Shown here one piece after another: positions 49,374-64,000 of a DNA stretch of 64,000 bases. The notes below the pieces were generated by a model. That model saw only the letters and a program-made list of their open reading frames with translations. It did not search any database and was not told where the DNA came from. Source of the stretch: Macrostomum lignano. Taxonomy: Eukaryota. A program made the translations under genes and the position numbers. The stretch spans positions 194,134 to 258,133 of the forward strand of contig NIVC01000177.1 of the NCBI GenBank assembly GCA_002269645.1, written 5' to 3'. The first letter of the stretch is position 1. Each line of letters opens with the position of its first letter.

Positions 49374-60405
<11,032 letters not shown>

Positions 60406-60649
60406 AGGACTGTGCGGAAACAGTCTTTGTTTTAACCTAGTGACTTGTAACTTTTTCAACAACATATCTTTTTGAGTAGGTGTGCATTCATTGTTTAAAA
60501 CTTGCATAACTGATTTTTTAAACAAGAATTACATGTGAAACTCGATCTTCTTTGCTCTATGCAGTTTAGCGTTTTAAGTTCTCTACGCAATCGGAAGTAA
60601 GCTTAACTTTGATTGTGTACTTTAACAGTAGGAATTATTGTGTAGGGGC

Positions 60650-61435
60650 AGAGGAGGAGGGGTGGGTGCAGAGGAGGAGGGGTGGGTGCAGGGAAGGAGA
60701 GGTGGATACAGAGGAGGGGTGGGTGCAGAGGAGGGGTGAATACAGAGAAGGAGGGGTGCGTGTCTGGTGCAGAGGGGTGAGTGCATAGGAGGAGGAGTGG
60801 GTGTAGAGGAGGGGTGGGTGCAGAGGAGGACGGGTGGGTGTAGAGGAAGAGGGGTGGGTGTAGAGGAAGAGGGGTGGGTGCAGAAGAGGAGGGGTGGGTG
60901 CAGAGGAGGGGTGAATACAGAGAAGGAGGGGTGCGTGTCTGGTGCAGAGGGGTGAGTGCATAGGAGGAGGAGTGGGTGTAGAGGAGGGGTGGGTGCAGAG
61001 GAGGACGGGTGGGTGTAGAGGAAGAGGGGTGGGTGTAGAGGAAGAGGGGTGGGTGCAGCAGAGGAGGGGTGGGTGCAGAGGAGGGGTGAATACAGAGAAG
61101 GAGGGGTGCGTGTCTGGTGCAGAGGGGTGAGTGCATAGGAGGAGGAGTGGGTGTAGAGGAGGGGTGGGTGCAGAGGAGGACGGGTGGGTGTAGAGGAAGA
61201 GGGGTGGGTGTAGAGGAAGAGGGGTGGGTGCAGCAGAGGAGGGGGTGGGTGCAGAGGAGGGGTGAATACAGAGAAGGAGGGGTGCGTGTCTGGTGCAGAG
61301 GGGTGAGTGCATAGGAGGAGGAGTGGGTGTAGAGGAGGGGTGGGTGCAGAGGAGGACGGGTGGGTGTAGAGGAAGAGGGGTGGGTGTAGAGGAAGAGGGG
61401 TGGGTGCAGAAGAGGAGGGGTGGGTGCAGAGGAGT
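60650..61435. repeat. Purine-rich 175-bp higher-order repeat
   Basis: Near-identical ORF starts at 60767, 60942 and 61117 (175-bp period). Confidence 0.92.
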
Positions 61436-61706
61436 AGGGGTGTGGATTTAGCGGCTGTATGCTAGTATATTTTGGTAAATCAGATAAAAAGTTACAAAAG
61501 CTTCAAATCAGTACCCTATTGACACATGGCCGCAGCCTCATATTATAGTCTATGGTCCAAAAAGATTTGCAAGGCCGTTTGACGAGTTTTCTGTTTGTAC
61601 AATAAAATAAGGAACTTAAGCCATAAGCAATAGGCAATAAAACTCGGCAAATATTTAATCAACGGATTTAGAGTTTAGAAAGCCACCGAGTTCGAATCAG
61701 TCGGTC

Positions 61707-63736
61707 ATGAAGTCGCAGCTGTCAGAAGTCACCGCCAATAATGACGCGGCCGATCAAGACAAGGCCAACAACATGACCCAGGAGGTGTTCAACTGGATCT
61801 CTCGCAGCGTGAACAAAGACTTCATCAGGATGGGCTATCCTGCCATTTTAACTAAGAAAGGCAACAAAGACTTTGTGAGTCTGTGCGCCCTGATGCAGAA
61901 CTGTTCGGCTGTGCTCACGCTGGTCAAAGCGAAGGAGTTTCAGGATGAGGCGGCTGAGCTGCTGGAGGCTGAGCGAGCCGGGTAGGTTGGGAGTTTTATA
62001 GATTCTCAGTTTCTCAAAGGGTGAGATTTCTGGAGAATCTCAAGTTCTCATGAGGTGAGATTTCTAGAGATTCTCGGGTTCTCATGGGGTGAGATTTCTA
62101 GAAGTTCTCGGGTTCTCATGGAGTCAGATTTCTAGAGATTCTCGGGTTCTCACGGGGTGAGATTTCTAGAGGTTCTCGGGTTCTCACGGGGTGAGATTTC
62201 TAGAGGTTCTCGGGTTCTCATGGGGTGAGATTTCTAGAGGTTCTCGGGTTCTCACGGGGTGAGATTTCTAGAGGTTCTCGGGTTCTCACGGGGTGAGATT
62301 TCTAGAGGTTCTCGGGTTCTCATGGGTGAGATTTCTAAAGGTTCTCGGGTTCTCACGGGGTGAGATTTCTAGAGGTTCTCGGGTTCTCATGGGGTGAGAT
62401 TTCTAGAGGTTCTCGGGTTCTCATGGGGTGAGATTTCTAGAAGTTCTCGGGTTCTCATGGAGTCAGATTTCTAGAGGTTCTCGGGTTCTCACGGGGTGAG
62501 ATTTCTAGAGGTTCTCGGGTTCTCACGGGGTGAGATTTCTAGAGGTTCTCGGGTTCTCATGGGGTGAGATTTCTAAAGGTTCTCGGGTTCTCACGGGGTG
62601 AGATTTCTAGAGGTTCTCGGGTTCTCATGGGGTGAGATTTCTAGAAGTTCTCGGGTTCTCATGGAGTCAGATTTCTAGAGATTCTCGGGTTCTCACGGGG
62701 TGAGATTTCTAGAGGTTCTCGGGTTCTCACGGGGTGAGATTTCTAGAGGTTCTCGGGTTCTCACGGGGTGAGATTTCTAGAGGTTCTCGGGTTCTCATGG
62801 GGTGAGATTTCTAAAGGTTCTCGGGTTCTCACGGGGTGAGATTTCTAGAGGTTCTCGGGTTCTCATGGGGTGAGATTTCTAGAGGTTCTCGGGTTCTCAT
62901 GGGGTGAGATTTCTAGAAGTTCTCGGGTTCTCATGGAGTCAGATTTCTAGAGGTTCTCGGGTTCTCACGGGGTGAGATTTCTAGAGGTTCTCGGGTTCTC
63001 ACGGGGTGAGATTTCTAGAGGTTCTCGGGTTCTCATGGGGTGAGGTTCTCGGGTTCTCACGGGGTGAGATTTCTAGAGGTTCTCGGGTTCTCATGGGGTG
63101 AGATTTCTAGAGGTTCTCGGGTTCTCACGGGGTGAGATTTCTAAAGATTCTCGGGTTCTCACGGGGTGAGATTTCTAAAGGTTCTCGGGTTCTCACGGGG
63201 TGAGATTTCTAGAGGTTCTCGGGTTCTCACGGGGTGAGATTTCTAAAGATTCTCGGGTTCTCACGGGGTGAGATTTCTAGAGGTTCTCGGGTTCTCACGG
63301 GGTGAGATTTCTAGAGGTTCTCGGGTTCTCACGGGGTGAGATTTCTAGAGGTTCTCGTGTTCTCACGGGGTGAGATTTCTAGAGGTTCTCGTGTCTCACG
63401 GGGTGAGATTTCTAGAGATTGATCAGCAATCAATCAGCCGCAAGAACAAACGGTGATTTTTAAAAACTTCAGCCAGTCGGCCCAAAAGAAGAAGAAGAGC
63501 AAGATCATAAATCTGTTCTCACCGAGCACGCAGTCGGGCAGCGGCAGGGGCCTCCGCCAGCTGCAGCTGATGAGCGCCGCCACCAACGCCAAGCTGGCAG
63601 CCGAGCTGACAGCGGCAAAGCTGGATGGCGACGGCTCCCTGCTGGCAGCCTTCGAGGCGATGCTGGAGACCGTCAGGTCCGACACTGAGACCATGATTGA
63701 GACCACCGACTGTCTCAGTGAGGGGCGCGTCCAGGG
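61707..63736 (+). CDS. Unidentified protein, first exons (61707-~61981, 63438-63736); continues beyond the window
   Basis: GC-rich coding-like exons bounded by gtaggt / aatcag / gtgagc sites and separated by a minisatellite-filled intron like the other genes. Joining them needs a one-base correction in the G run at 61980-61982. No recognisable motif. Confidence 0.55.
62010..63420. repeat. 34-bp minisatellite (gggttctcacggggtgagatttctagaggttctc)
   Basis: Fills the intron of the last gene. Confidence 0.96.
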
Positions 63737-63764
63737 GTGAGCTGCTCAAATTGGATGATTGCAG

Positions 63765-64000
63765 TTTCTCGTGTCTACAGATTACAGTATCTCGTGTCTA
63801 TAGATTACAGTATCTCGTGTCTATAGATTACAGCATCTCGTGTCTATAGATTACAGCATCTCGTGTCTATAGATTACAGTATCTCGTGTCTACAGATTAC
63901 AGTATCTCGTGTCTATAGATTACAGCATCTCGTGTCTATAGATTACAGCATCTCGTGTCTATAGATTACAGTATCTCGTGTCTATAGATTACAGTATCTC
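63765..64000. repeat. 23-bp minisatellite (gattacagtatctcgtgtctata), truncated by the window end
   Basis: Direct tandem copies. Confidence 0.93.

Overview
This is eukaryotic (animal) genomic DNA with GT-AG introns, and nearly every long intron is filled by its own 19-80 bp minisatellite. That architecture resembles the flatworm Macrostomum lignano, but this is an inference from composition only. Exon chains assembled by hand give five genes: (1) a large + strand gene (5' end at or before the window edge, stop 21518) encoding a ZNFX1-like Upf1/SF1B RNA helicase, short NF-X1-type Cys/His fingers and a charged helix, fused in frame to two tandem PARP-fold ADP-ribosyltransferase domains (H-Y-E, then H-Y-A); (2) the BRE1/RNF20-40 histone H2B E3 ligase (31029-40598); (3) a SUR1/CSH1-like GT32 glycosyltransferase on the minus strand; (4) a neutral ceramidase with a GPI-signal-like C-terminus (49374-60405); (5) the first exons of an unidentified gene at the right edge. 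Mobile DNA includes an intron-containing MULE transposase fossil with a MITE in its intron, and a tRNA-derived CORE-SINE interrupted by a hAT-like MITE. At least eight single-base losses, mostly in short homopolymer runs and including one in the BRE1 RING, look like assembly errors rather than pseudogenisation. Most long ORFs in the supplied track are translations of tandem repeats. The headline candidate is the RNA helicase-double PARP fusion.
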